From Lingula anatina (lineage: Eukaryota; Animalia; Brachiopoda), in assembly GCA_051362555.1 (NCBI GenBank), contig CM120647.1:8246001-8310000 (forward strand): a DNA stretch of 64,000 nucleotides. Reading direction: 5' to 3'. The notes below the pieces were generated by a model. The model worked only from the letters and a program-made list of their open reading frames with translations. It ran no database searches and was not told the DNA's origin. The position numbers and the translations under genes are program-made. Below, piece by piece: positions 12,937 through 26,060 of the stretch. Position 1 is the first letter of the stretch; each line of letters opens with the position of its first letter.

Positions 12937-13910
12937 TCAGCAAGAGAAAATTGAAGAGGAAACTGCGTCCATTTTAGCTTCTCATGGTTGTCATATATTC
13001 TACGTCTATAAATTCTCACTTTCTGACACATTTGTAATTTTGTTTAACTATCTTTTTATGGTGAATGTGCGACATCTGCAGGTCGAGTTATAACGTACTA
13101 TGAGCAAGATCGTAAAATTTATTTGTACCAACTTCAAAAAATGAAACAAAAGCCGTTTCCAAAATTTTATTGAAATTGTTCAACCAGTACTTTCTTATGT
13201 CTTCATAATTTTACATAAATAAAGTTATTTATATCTATTACTGGACTTACAATTTAGTCTAAATGACGACGTTGTGTCTACCTCTTGGATATTTCAGCCA
13301 TCTACTGAGAGAACAGGTGAAACTATTCTCAGTTCTTGTTACAAGTACAACCTACAAAGACCAAGGAATTAATATAATTCCTAGCATAGACTGCATAATA
13401 TCTTTGCAATTTTACTTTTACAATTAAAATTTGTGTAAGTACACAACAGTCACAGAAAAATCCTGCAGTACACGTGTTAATTCACAACAAATATAGGTAA
13501 GAGATGCATGTCACTCAAAAGTCTCCCAAGCTTAACAAAAGCTTTGGCCAGTTTTATCTGATGTCTTTGTAATTTTTTAAGACATGTAAGTGCATGAAAG
13601 TAAAAGACTGCAGTATGAACTAACTACAGAAAAAAACTACAACTATATGCAGTTAGGTCATCTCTCTAAGGTAAAAGTCCATTTATATCCACCCCATATG
13701 CCCCAAACCCATAGTATTTTCTATGTCTACGTAAGCTTATTTTCCCCAATTCTGACCTAAAAAAAAAATACCATAAAAATAAAAGTACCTGATGTTGATG
13801 TTTCCTCTGAAATGTACAGGAAGACATGGTGGGCAAATCCAAGACAGGAAAACTTTAAAGAATATGGCAAGGGTTTCAGAGATCTCACCACATAAAGTTA
13901 TCACTCTAAG

Positions 13911-16346
13911 TTAGTTATTTGGTTTTTGATACGCTTTTAGATTTTTTCCACCATCAAATAAATTCTTGATTTTCTGATACATAAATGCGAAGAAGAAAAG
14001 CATGTTGTCATATTGGCCATTGTACTCTGCATCAACAAAGAGATCATGATATTCACGCAGGAAGTAGTAGATGGCTTCAACTGTGGCGAGATATGTGTCA
14101 GGTTTGTTGCGCTGATGGCGCCAGAATTTGGTCTTGTGCTTCTTCAACTCAATACAGCGTAAACCTAGAAAATAATAATAATAATGATAAAAATAATAAT
14201 AACAATTTAACATAAGTCAGCCTGGTTAAATGTTATAAATACATATATTATTAAAAGGTAAATTAGATTTACATGTACATTTTTCGTTAGGTCAAGCCCA
14301 TCCAAAAAGTCCACTTGTACTAAAATAAATAAATCAATGAATGCCTTAAAACAAATTGAAACCCTACCCTTTAGCCTCTCATCACAGAAGATACTTTTGG
14401 TCTGATTCCATGTACAATCTATGAAAACCACTCTATCAAAAGGAGCCTCATATATAATTCTTCCTTCCACTGTAGGAGTGACTGAATCTGAATGTGTTAG
14501 GTGAGATTCCTCTGATTGCGTCAGTCGAGAAAGGTCCTTAACAGCAGTGTTTTTATTTCCTACAGTTTTGTTACATACTGATTGCGATTTCAGGGACTGT
14601 TCTGTCTGACATTGATCTGAAGAGTCACTTTTTTCATCATCTCTGGCCTGAGCTTGGTGCAATTGTGTTAGTTGTGAATCACTAGATTGCATCGGGTGTG
14701 ACACAGCCCGAGGGGTGGTGCTGTTCTCAGATGCTTCAGCCAAATCTGGTTGATCTGATTGTGGTAGTTGTGACTCCACACATTGCGTTTGTTGAGTTAC
14801 AGACTGTTCCGTATTGTGCTGCATACTCTTATCATTGGAAGTTATTTCGTCTGAACTTATACGTCTCTGTTTAACAGGAGGCTCTCCGTCATCATCTCTG
14901 AATTTGCAACTTTCGGAGATGTCTTTTTCTGTAGAACTTTCATTGTGTTCATTCACAGCTTCCAATTCAGACACTGTCTGTTCCTGATGACCTTTGACCT
15001 TAGGACCTTCATTCTGCCCAACATCACAACTATCTTGACCTTTGACCTGGTCTTTTGATATTTCCGAATTTTCACTCTTCATGTCACCTTTGTTTCTTTT
15101 CTCAGCATCTGTGACAGAAAAACCAGGCAGAGATGCTACTTGCTGTTTCCTCAACACTCTGCACTTCTTAGCAAGTTGCTCCAAGGTGACCGAATCTTCT
15201 CCTGGGAACACTAGCACCACCTACAGTAGAAAACAGAAATTTTATGTCTGCAAGTCTGTATAAAAGGTAGATTGTGTGAGCTCCATGCCAATTTGCCTAC
15301 TTGAGTGCATGTCTAGTTGGAGATTTAGAGCTCATTCCCATACAGGCACCAGCCTACATAGATTGATCCAACTCTGCCAGGACTCCTGCTAATTGCAATC
15401 AGCTTTATTGAGTGACAATGTACTCGTATTATAACCAGCTTTTCTATATTCTACTAAAACCGGGAGGAGGTGTGTCTTTCAGTTAAGCCATCAGCAAGAG
15501 TCTCCAGAGTTGGATTGATCAAAGTAGATAGATGGTGTCTGTGGGAATGAGCCCTTATTTTCACATCTTTATGAAAAGAGACAACCACTGGACTATTAAA
15601 AATGTACACTTTAATACTGAGACCTATAAGATTTTCTAATAAAATTCAAAATTGCTGAGATGTCATACAATATAAGCAAAGACTGGTTTTTAACTTATTC
15701 CTCTTTATGAAACTGAGACCAGCTCACGGGGAATTTCACTTACCCTAGACTTATCAGGGAAGTCAGGAATGCAGGGATATGTGTAGACGGAGACATGATC
15801 AGGAGCCAGGGTGGCTGCATGTGCAGACGTACTTTTACCATCGATCTCGCTCCGGTGTTTTATGATGTCAATCTTCAGAGGGAGCTGAAAGGCACAAAAT
15901 AGGAGTATGTGTAAAGAAATATACTGTAAAAGGTTTAAAACTGTCTCTTGTGTAAAGATGGCAAAATGATGAGTGAATGAATAAATATAACATTATCCAA
16001 AATCACACAACCCATTTTAATAAAAAGCAATTTAATTTCACTTATGACAATCCACCACATGACATGTTTTATTTTATGGCGATTTCAACTAGATGTTGCA
16101 TATCCTGACAACGGATGAGCTTAGAAGCCAAGATACACCTTTTAGTCATCAATAACTAAGTGACCTTAACCTTGAGCCTACCTTGACCTTTGGCACAGAT
16201 TCCTGCAATCCTTCCACAGGGCAGAAGCATGTGTAACAGTAATATTTCCTGGATTTGTTGCACTTGGGACAAAGGCTCCTAGTGTCAACTGACTCCAGGC
16301 AACTGAAATCGCTGATCTTAAGATAGGGGTATGGATTTTCCTCCAT
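13911..16346 (-). CDS. DTWD1: tRNA-uridine aminocarboxypropyltransferase 1 (DTW domain protein 1), about 470 aa, 4 coding exons
   Basis: Exons (minus) 16346-16182, 15884-15744, 15220-14368, 14164-13911; 1413 nt in frame. Hallmark motifs [44 protein letters not shown] (DTW motif), [24 protein letters not shown]. Confidence 0.95.
15329..15554. mobile_element. Diverged PIF/Harbinger-type MITE in a DTWD1 intron
   Basis: Imperfect terminal inverted repeats (TIRs) GAGCTCATTCCCATACAGGCACC...GGTGTCTGTGGGAATGAGCCC flanked by TTA, resembling the termini of the 214-bp MITE family below. Confidence 0.55.
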
Positions 16347-16463
16347 CACTCTGGTCTTAAGTCTCGTACCTGAAGGAAAGTTTCAAAGAATATTTTTTCA
16401 CTAAATTAAACCATGGTTTCTAGGTTTAATTGCTAGATCCCTGCAAGGAAGGAGTGTGTGGAG

Positions 16464-17082
16464 TATGGGCAGCGGTTTATACAAAAATGCAAAACACGAT
16501 TAGTCGTCATCGTTATCAGATCAGTCGAAATGAAAACACGATTAGTCGTCGTCGTTATCAGATCAGAAGGCAAAATACGACTAGTAGTCGTCAAAACGCA
16601 ACTAGTCATCAAAACGCAACTAGTCGTCATCAAAACGCAACTAGTCATCAAAACGCAACTAGTCATCATCAAAACGCAACTAGTCATCAAAACGCAACTA
16701 ATATCTCGAAGTCGAGAATTATCTCGAGTTCGAGATATTATTATATATATAATATCTTTATTAGATTGTACGCGTAGAGATAATTCTCGAGTTCGAGCGA
16801 GGAATATGATAATGCTGCTTCAATAACGTCCGCCATTTTGATCACTGTGGATCATGTGACTTGGCCTAGATTTTCGTACAATGGGCGCCATCTGGCATCA
16901 AATTGAGTTTTGATGATGACTAGTTGCGTTTTGATGATGACTAGTTGCGTTTTGACGACTACTAGTCGTATTTTGCCTTCTGATCTGATAACGACGATGA
17001 CTAATCGTGTTTTCATTTCGACTGATCTGATAACGATGACGTCTTATCGTGTTTTGCATTTTTGTATAAACCGCCGCCCATA
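16464..17082. mobile_element. Non-autonomous foldback DNA transposon, IS3EU-like, with internally repetitive TIRs
   Basis: Inverted arms of about 180-240 bp beginning TATGGGC and ending GCCCATA. Exact 6-bp TSD GTGGAG (16458-16463 and 17083-17088). Arms are built from 18/21-bp ACTAGTC(GTC)ATCAAAACGCA units. TAY..RTA ends with a 6-bp TSD match the IS3EU signature. Confidence 0.8.
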
Positions 17083-17126
17083 GTGGAGGCTGGGAGACTA
17101 TCAGCAGTTTAGCTGGCACTTCTTAA

Positions 17127-17743
17127 AGTCATAATAACTCTTCGTTTTGGCCAAAAATTGGATTTTCCTGGAAAAAACGGCAATTTTCCCGTACTTACCA
17201 ATGGCCAACGACCCCATTCCTGCATTCAAAGTTAATCCAGGGTTTTTTTCCTAAACGTACGGTTTTTTGTTAAAATCTCTTAAGAGATTTTAACTGACGG
17301 AGCTCTCTCTGACATTGCAAAGTCACTGGTGACCTACTTAAAACCGCGGGAAAAGCAGACAACAACAACACTATATAAGATTTATGAGATATATTCGTCT
17401 TTTTGTTAAAAATGCATTTATATCCACAATGTGTGCCATTCTGGGCTTTTCGTTATCCGACGCACTGTACAAAAACTCGCAACTTACGTCTGAGGGTTTC
17501 CCGCCATGTTATTTTGGTCTCGAATGAACGCGAGAATCCGCGTGACACCATTACGTCATTAGCAACGAATGCACTTGTCGACCGGAAAAAAGTGATCGAA
17601 AGCCCTATTGACAAGCACAGATTTTAGTTTTCCTACAATAACGGCCATTTTAGTGGTAAAATACAATAGAATATATTTCCATGCGTTGTTTACAATGTAT
17701 TTCATGCGGATTTTTGAATCTCAAAGGAAGAGTTATTATTGCT
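17127..17743. mobile_element. Kolobok-like (TTAA TSD) non-autonomous element, long copy
   Basis: TTAA|AGTCATAATAACTCTTC...GAAGAGTTATTATTGCT|TTAA. Both arms align by eye with the copies at 43276 and 56258. Confidence 0.8.
17488..17590 (-). promoter_or_regulatory. Putative DTWD1 promoter and 5' first exon
   Basis: CpG-rich patch with YY1-like AACATGGCGG (minus strand, ATG at 17507), strong donor AC|GTAAGT at 17488/17487, CRE-like TTACGTCA and ETS-like ACCGGAA. Matches the acceptor CTTTCCTTCAG| at 16369, just upstream of the DTWD1 ATG. Confidence 0.55.
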
Positions 17744-18569
17744 TTAAATGACGGGTCCTCCATATTTGATCTGCGGATCTGTACAAGTAGACCCCAGGAT
17801 CATCTGTTGTGATTGTCTTCTTTGGCAGTCTAGAGAATACGTACTGAGAATACACACCTATTTGTCATGTAATCTGAGATTGGAGTTTAAGAGGGAGGGG
17901 GAGTGTCAGACGCCATGTCATCAACTAGACAATCTGTACATAAGTTCAGAAATAGATTAGCACGGAAATTCATGTGTTACCACTCCTACTGACAGCCAGT
18001 ACATGTCAGTTCGAACCCTCCACAGGAGTGCTAACTCATGAATTTTCATGCTAATTAAGTGATAGATTTACTAATAAATTATTTGTTTCATGTGAAACAT
18101 GACTAGATGGCTAAAAACAAGTATCAATACCCCCACACTGCTGAAACGACGTAGGCCTGCTTGATTTTAATGGTGAGTTTCCCTGCAGAGATCTTTGAAA
18201 CTATCAGGTTGCCGGGCAGCTGAGATAACTTTTTAAAATGTTAGAGATCAGTACCCACTTTTTCCAGTCGTTCCCTGATAATTCGTAAAACCATGTTTCA
18301 AAATACACAAATAATGGATAAATATAAAAGTGTAACTAAAATTCAACATATTCTTTACTGATTCTACCATTTCTACTCAACCAGATAGGTACAGCGATCG
18401 AGAGAAAACTTCAGGAAGCCATCAACATAGCCCATTTATCTAGGGTGTGCGTTCTCCGAAACCTTATTTACCATGATAACGAAAATATGTAGCACGTTAA
18501 TCTTAATTCTATCTAAATTGAAGGACACTGTGACTTCAGATAACTAAGAGTAAACTTCAAACTTACAGT

Positions 18570-18710
18570 AACAAATGTGTAAACCGTTCCAAGATCCACG
18601 TGCTGAATTTTCTAATCTCCAAACATTTGAGAACCTTCCGTCTCGCTTTCCCCTGATAGACCTCGTTTTCGATCAAGCCATTGACGTTCTTACTGATAAC
18701 ATTTCAGGCT
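18570..18710 (-). pseudogene. Possible degraded L1/Tx1-type LINE endonuclease N-terminal fragment
   Basis: Minus-strand translation NVNGLIENEVYQGKARRKVLKCLEIRKFSTWILERFTH resembles the NV.GL...KRRK....L......LQETH start of L1/Tx1 ORF2. Short and degenerate. Confidence 0.3.
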
Positions 18711-19625
18711 GTTCAAAACTGCATATATATTTATTATTGCAATACTTTGTATACTTAAGGTTATCTTGGAGTTGCGCATATATCTTTTTTTCTCATGTCT
18801 TATATCATTTCTTATATTAAAAATAATAAGTCTAAGTGATTAAATGTAGTCTTCGCATGGTTAATTTTATAAATTTTCACTTTTCATTTTTATCGTTATC
18901 TATGAAAATAGATTTATGTTAAAAGTTTACAAATGTAACTTTGTTTTTTATAACGGTCACTTGAGATGTTGTTAAATGCCATGCTTTAAGAAAAAAATAA
19001 AGATATAATTATAAATAAATATATAATAATTATGAATCCCATGTGTGCCAATTTCATTAACATAACAGAAGACAAAAAAGTTGTGAGACCCATCTGTATT
19101 TCACATTTGACAGATTTCCATACGACTTTAAAAATATTGTTCATCAATGTAATTATAAATAAATTTAAAATGGGTAAATTAAATTATTGCTTTTAATTCA
19201 AATTAAAGGGAGATAAAAAAAAAAAAAAAAAAACTGACGAATCGAAATTGAATTTTACTTTTAGCCTATACTTACTTATGTGTTAAATGTTTTCATTTCT
19301 TCCTGTTTATTTATTCAATTATTGATTCTTTAAACCCTTACTCTGATATGGACCGAGCTGAAACCCAGAAAGGCAAATTTCTTTGGAGCGGCACATTTTG
19401 TCAAATGTACAAAGAGATCAGTTATTATATCAATCTTGCCCATCTGTAACGCTTCACATATGCACAAAACCTAAATTCATGCCTAATTTGAGTCAGTTAT
19501 AAATTTGTTTTTCCACAAATCCATCGTGTTTACTACGCTGTTTACTCAAAGCGCGCTCATTGTAATCTTTTGTGAATGAGGCACAAAAGTGCCCCGCGCG
19601 ACCTCATTACCATAAAACTGAGTCC

Positions 19626-19666
19626 CTAGTGACAACGCTAGCAACGAGCTTCTGCCACATGACAAC
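19626..19666 (+). promoter_or_regulatory. RFX (X-box) half-site cluster upstream of the THEG-like gene
   Basis: TAGTGACAAC, CTAGCAAC and CATGACAAC within 50 bp of the ATG. RFX factors drive ciliary and flagellar genes. Confidence 0.5.
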
Positions 19667-19676
19667 AAGAACCAGC

Positions 19677-22600
19677 ATGGCGGTGGAAGGTGAGGAAAAT
19701 TTTTCCTGTGTTGGAATTTTTGCATATTTCTCCTAACTTTCACTCAGAAATTAATAAGTCTTGTGTATTTTCAGCGTCAATAAGGCGAGTAGATGAGCTT
19801 GCCCGGCCCAAACCGATGGCAGCCGGCTTCGTTGAAGACAGGTAAGTGGAAAAAGGCGGTCGAGTATAATTCGGCAGTGACAAAACAATACCTGGTCAGC
19901 AACGTTCTGTGAAGTCCTCTAAAATGATTAACCAAACATTGCACGTCTGATTTACTGCATTTTACTTTGTTCGTTTAGACGATAATTTGGCGAAAATTTA
20001 AATGAAGTGATGCATAATTTCAAACTGAATTATTGCCTATTTGTGTGTGGCAGTGTTATCCGATTTCAATGTAAACACACGTGTGTTTATCAACCAATTT
20101 CATTTTGCTTTGAAAGTGTGGAAGATCGAATATCTGTAATACATCTAACGGCAAATTTGTTTAAGTCATTGTCTCTTGCGGAAAATGATACAAGAGTGAT
20201 ATATAGTTTGTGAACATGCCCAGCCTTGAGTAAATTTGGTAGCCATTAATATATATTTGAACTAGTGTTATCAGTATACTGATTACCGCATTTTAGGCAC
20301 TCAATGTGTGACTTATCTAGCACTTAACTGGCTTGCACTAATAAATGACTATTTTTAAAATTTCCACACACCCTTTTCCATCTTGTGCTACATATGTACA
20401 TGTCATGACTTTTTCCAGACATTTTACAAAATAATTTATTGTAACTGCTGCAAAGACTGCAAAGGTTATTTTTTGTCAAATATTATTTCATAAAAATCAA
20501 AATCATGAAAGTAAAACTGACAAATAAGAAATGATCATAGTGGTTCTGAACTTTTTGAGTTGGCAACTCTAAACATTAATATTGCATATACACAGCTGCA
20601 CAACAAGTGTTTGAAATTTCTTTTCTGTACACGTAAATTACTGGTACATGTATATGCCATTATATGCGGTGCTCTTTTTATGACCCCTAAATCAACAATT
20701 AAATATTTAAAAGTTTGTAGTTGTGCACTTGACTTGCACTTGTAAGCGGCAATAAAAATACACAGAGTGAAAAGTTCTTGGTAGTTATAAGTCCCGAATC
20801 ATGTTAAAATCCTCATGTATTCTTTGCTGCTATTTAGTTTGAAAATTATAAACAGTATTTGTTGGCAGTTTGCAAACACCATTGTTGTTGCCTATTATAG
20901 GGTATAGAATTTTCTTTCACTTATTTGAAGCAGTTTTATCTGAATGAACAAAAGAAAGATTTTAATGATTGACATCTTTCAATTCTGACTGAGAATGAAT
21001 AGATACTCAGATTTTCAAGTTTGTTGATCAAATTGTTGAAACTAGCAACAGCAAAATAAGTTTGAAAGTGATTTGAAAAAAAAAATTATTTGTAGGACAG
21101 GAAATTAATTAGAAATTATAATTTCCTTCAAACCTGTTAGCATTTTCTGGTCAATCATTTAGATCAGTGTCTGCCATACAGACATTAACAATTATAGAAT
21201 TACTGAAGAAATTTCATCATCTGAATATAGAAATATAAGAAGCTACGTGGGATAAGATTAGGACTCTGGGGCATTTCTAAACTTGTGTGGATTGCCTTAT
21301 AAATCAATTACTACGTCCCGTCACTAAGCACCATGTACATGAAAGTGGCTTCAGCACAGCTTGCCTTAGCTTGCAGGCCTTGCACCAGCAGAATGAAGAT
21401 TTGATATGACGAGAGTCCCTACAACATATTATCCAGATCCAGAGTGTCGCTCGGTCGATAAGTCTCAGGTCTATTTTCCCACTTAACAGTTGACTCTTCT
21501 GATTGTTCTTTATTTGCTCACCATTAGTACATTTCATTTCTATTCACATCAACTTAAGCAGATACCACCCGCATACGCACTAAAAGTCGGGAAATGAAAA
21601 CAGTGCAAAAAGATCAATGTCTTTTCTGCAAATATGACAGATAATTGCGTCTCCGTCTTTTTCACGACTTTTAATTAGCTATCCTACTTTATCAACCATC
21701 TGATTTCCCCCACAATATTAGGTGTCAGGAAATAAAATAATTATGAAATTCATTGATCAATATCCCAGCGGCGTATAACATTACCGTTAGATCATGTGTT
21801 ATTTAACTGCAATCACATGCCGAATGATTTGACACAATGTGAAATCAATGACTTGGGTGTGCCCTCAGTGCCCTCTAGTGGTGCTTAGTGACGGGACGAT
21901 ATTTGATTGACCCACAGCAATGAGGGCCTCAAAGTGGGGGTGTGAGATTGGAACAAGTATTTTCACTGATTTAATGATTTGACTAGCCTTTCTATGTATA
22001 GAAATGTATATTTTTAAATTTTATTTTATTGAACACTGATCGTGGTACATTGTATTAAACAGCACCAAGCTTTGATTTTTTGAAAAAAAAAATCATTTTT
22101 AGGTAAGTGATGCTTTTAAAATCAGCAGATGATGCTCTCCCCCACCCCTTTTTTACCCCCTCAGCTCTCCCTGGTGATATTTGTTGGTAGTCCGCTTCAG
22201 ATTTAGTAAGATTTTTGAGAACAAGGGACCAGAGAGATAAAGTTCTACAACATTGCAAGTGATTTTTTTAAATTTGCTTTACCCAAAACAAGTGGCATCA
22301 TAAGATTACTTTGGATTGTTCTCTTAGTAGCATGAGGATGTGGCACTGATTTCATTGTGAAAAAAAGAGCTTTTCAAAGCATTCTAACAGATGAATTAAG
22401 CTTTGCATAAAGCCAGTGGATTCATACAAGCTTAAGTGGCTCAGACAGATTATATTTGCTAGATGTCTGACTTTGCTGGCAAAAAATAAATCTAGCTGCA
22501 TTATTGATTGAGGCAATTCATTCCTTGCAAAGAACCATGGAAAAGCAGCTGGAAGCGTCTAGGTGATAATTTCATGGCTTTTTTCACATTGAGCAGTGTA

Positions 22601-22838
22601 ATTTACCAATGGACAGACAGTCTGCTATGATGCATGCACTTTAGCATGGCTATTATGAAAGAGTCACCTAAGTGGCCATCAACACAGCCAATTATTAGTT
22701 TATTCCACTAAATAAAGGAAACAGACTTTTGGAGAACTTGTGAAAAAGAATGAAAGCCCCTAACTGTAGGGTATATAGTTAAATGTTAGGACCTCTCACA
22801 GTTTATCAGTACAGATTTATAACTGACAATTCAACTGC

Positions 22839-22894
<56 letters not shown>

Positions 22895-23822
22895 AAGAAA
22901 GTAAGTTGGGTACTAGTAATGTGCCAAAACCTACAGTCTGTGGGATGGCCGTGACAGGATGCCTAATAACCTCTTACTAGTAATTGCTTTAGACATATGT
23001 ATATTTGTTTTAATTTGTATTTCCAGGCGTTCTGTATATTGGATAGACAGATGGCCACCTGGTCCAGGACCTAATGGGACCACAGTTTGTGGTAAGTCTT
23101 TTTATCTTCAGGTTAAATCTGCTTAAACCAAAAATAATAACAGCAATAATAATTATATAATAATAATGATTATAATAGAAGTGTTATGATTTTAATTGAA
23201 AATTACTTTTGTTAGCAACATTTGAATTGATTTAAATTTCTCATTTTGAAGAGACTCACCCTTTGAATATACTAGATTTTTTTAAAGGGTTTCCTTTGCA
23301 TGTTTGTTTTATAATAATTTTTTACAAATGTTCTCCTTTGAATTTCATATTAAGTTTTCTGTATGAGTCAACAGTGGACAATTTTCTTACAGCATATAGG
23401 AATATTTTGATTTGGGTTTAATTTCCTTACAACCTCCTATTTTCAGTTTTGACTCCACGACAAATGCAGCTAGTCCTACACAGGAATGTGAACCCTGGAT
23501 GGAAGGGAGACAGGTGAGAGGCCATTGCTATATAAATTGTGTTAGATGTTACAGAGGAATTGTGAGGAATACACTGTTATTTGTGACAGAGGAATTGGAA
23601 GATGGAGTCAGTTGCAGCCTTTCATTTGTTAAAATTGAGGAAATGCTCAAGAGGATGAAAACCTGAACAGAATGGATATTGACATGATAGTATTTTTTAT
23701 TGTACTGCTTGACTGAAAAAATGCATGAGAGTTGGTTCTTTGTAGCGTCATAGCGTTATATTTCATTTGTTTTTAAATTTAAAGTAGTAGGTTAAGGATA
23801 AACTATTACAAAACTTAAATAT

Positions 23823-23859
<37 letters not shown>

Positions 23860-24495
23860 AGTGGAGATTATTTGCAAAGAGTTAACATTACAGATTTTAA
23901 TGTCATTGTTTTTTTTTTTTTTTATTTTAGACCAACACCCATTTGGCAAGTCAGCAAAGGGGCACAAAAGGCAGAAGCATCAGAACGCATAGAGGTCTTA
24001 GCCATGGATCGCAAAGTGAATCCAAATTACTCCTTCGATCGCTCTCCGTATACTGTGGTTCCAGAACCAGCCAAGAAACGAGAACCAACAGACAGATTAG
24101 AACAGCTTGCCCAGCCAAAACCATACAAAAATGTGAACACTATAGAATACGAAGGATTTGATTGGACAAAAGTCATTTGGCCAAGCCGAGTTTCTGCGGC
24201 CGCCATGAAGGCAAATGCTACACCACGATTGGAGGTTTTGGCTGAGGCTAAAAACCCCCACCCGAAGTTTGTTGGCGAAAAGCCTGTTCAGTGGCCCGTT
24301 TTACAAGACACTTTGAAAGCCTCGGCATCTGCACGCGTGCAGCAGTTGGCACGGCCGAAGAGTCGCACAAGGATTGTCGATGATTACGATCCTTATAAAG
24401 TCTCCAATGGGGCCAAGAAGGCACATGCCACTCCAAGAGTTTGTGAGCTGTCTTTACCAATTCCTCGAAAGATCAGAGAGAAGAAACTGGTCTAA
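19677..24495 (+). CDS. THEG: THEG-repeat protein (testicular haploid expressed gene / sperm microtubule-associated protein 2-like), about 258 aa, 5 exons
   Basis: Exons 19677-19689, 19775-19841, 23027-23091, 23447-23513, 23931-24495; 777 nt in frame. Repeated W.VS..A.KA.A[ST].R...LA.PK units (RVDELARPK, RLEQLAQPK, RVQQLARPK). Exact paralog (THEG or THEGL) not resolved. Confidence 0.85.
21314..21898. mobile_element. MITE-like element in intron 2 of the THEG-like gene
   Basis: Perfect 20-bp TIRs CGTCCCGTCACTAAGCACCA / TGGTGCTTAGTGACGGGACG. TSD unclear, superfamily unassigned. Confidence 0.7.
22842..22892 (+). repeat. Poly(A) tract, about 51 nt
   Basis: Mononucleotide run. Confidence 0.95.
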
Positions 24496-25797
24496 AGTAA
24501 TGACTTAATTTAAAAAAATAGATAAAAGGAAATAATGCTGTCTTAATGGAGGACTGTGCCTTTTTTTTTTTTTTTTTTTGGTTAAAAATAGCAAAATACA
24601 TATTAAGTCAAGAATGATGGTCTCCGATTAAAACAGCATTATTCATTTTTCTCAAGAGACTTGCTCATCATGTTTGAACTGTGATCATGTGATGAAAAGT
24701 GTAATCCAGATTACCTTTGCGAAAAAGATTTGAAAATTTCGGTTACACTGCAAATGCAGAATTTTGTTGTCATGGACTTTGAATATGTTTACTGTATTGT
24801 TTGGAAATTGTGGAAGATGTATGTCATGTTTTTGTCAGAGCTGTTTGAAGTCAATAATTGGAAGTATATCTCAACTGTTAAAAAAATAACTCAGACTGAC
24901 TTTCAGTTAATAGTTAACTTACTGTTCAGCAGAATTTTGAGAGAAAATGGATGAGATATGATAATTTGAAAATGGTTACATGTTCGTGGTTACAGTTGCT
25001 GCATAATATGATAATACTGCAAAGGAAAAACAGCTGTGAAAAGCATAATATAATACAATATTGATATGTACATTCATTTAAAAACAATGTCCCTTCGGAT
25101 GTGCAATCTACGTCTTGTTTATGCACGCATTTTCACCTGCTTTGTCATTCACTCAAGAGTGTGTGTGCGTGCATGCGTCCTCGTGTGTGCATTCCACTGT
25201 ATTAATTTGCTCAGTATTTTTGAGACGTTCCTCTGTATGCAATTTGCTCAAGTATTTTTTGTATGACTTTTGTAGTATTACAATACAAGTTGTCACATTT
25301 TTAGATTAAAATGTTAGTTGACTATCTACTAGTTTAAGTTGCAGTATGTAGCTCTGATTATTTTGAACTAAATTTCAGTATTAGGTGGGTAGTTTAAGTT
25401 GAAATCATTATGAGAGTAAAAAGAGTTAAGAAAGCACCAACTGAGGGATGAATTGCTGTGCATAGGTTTAAAGGTCTTGTTTAGTGAAGAAGAAAATCTT
25501 AACAATGCAATACTAGATATATTACCAACACTTTGATAATACAAAGCACGTCTTCTTTTAGCTAATCAGTGTCTATTTTCTTTAAAGTTAAAATAGTAAA
25601 AGAAATACTAGTGATATATACATTTGCTCATTATTCTGCCAATTGCCTCTTTTCCTTTTTGCTCAAGATAAGTATAAGGTGAATGACAAAGCTATTTATG
25701 TACTTGTGGTGTCAAAAGTATATCAAATGGCTATTTGTGATTGAACCTATGCAGTGATTTTTGTCTCAGTGACAACTATGCATTGATAAGTGCCAGG

Positions 25798-26060
25798 GAT
25801 GCCAATCAAATTACCTGACTTTAAGCCACACCCTCTTTTTTGCCATTTTTGATGACATATCATGTCTCATTTGACATGCTGCAAACACCTTTTTCTCATG
25901 ATACCAGTGAAATGATCTGAATGATATGCCAATCAAATTATTACTTGAAGCCACACCCTCTTTTTGCCAAATTTGGTGATGGCACACCCCTTTTGTGACA
26001 CCTCATGTTTTTTGACATGTTGTAAGCACCGCCTCTTTTCCTCATTACACCAAGTCTGTA
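25798..26060 (+). repeat. Diverged tandem duplication, about 128-bp unit x2
   Basis: ATGCCAATCAAATTA...AAGCCACACCCTCTTTTTGCCA...TTTGACATG occurs twice. Confidence 0.75.

Noticed and set aside
16430-17119. Repetitive ORFs (QNATSH / VIKTQL repeats)
   Set aside because: They are translations of the tandem units in the foldback element's TIRs and are open in several frames on both strands.
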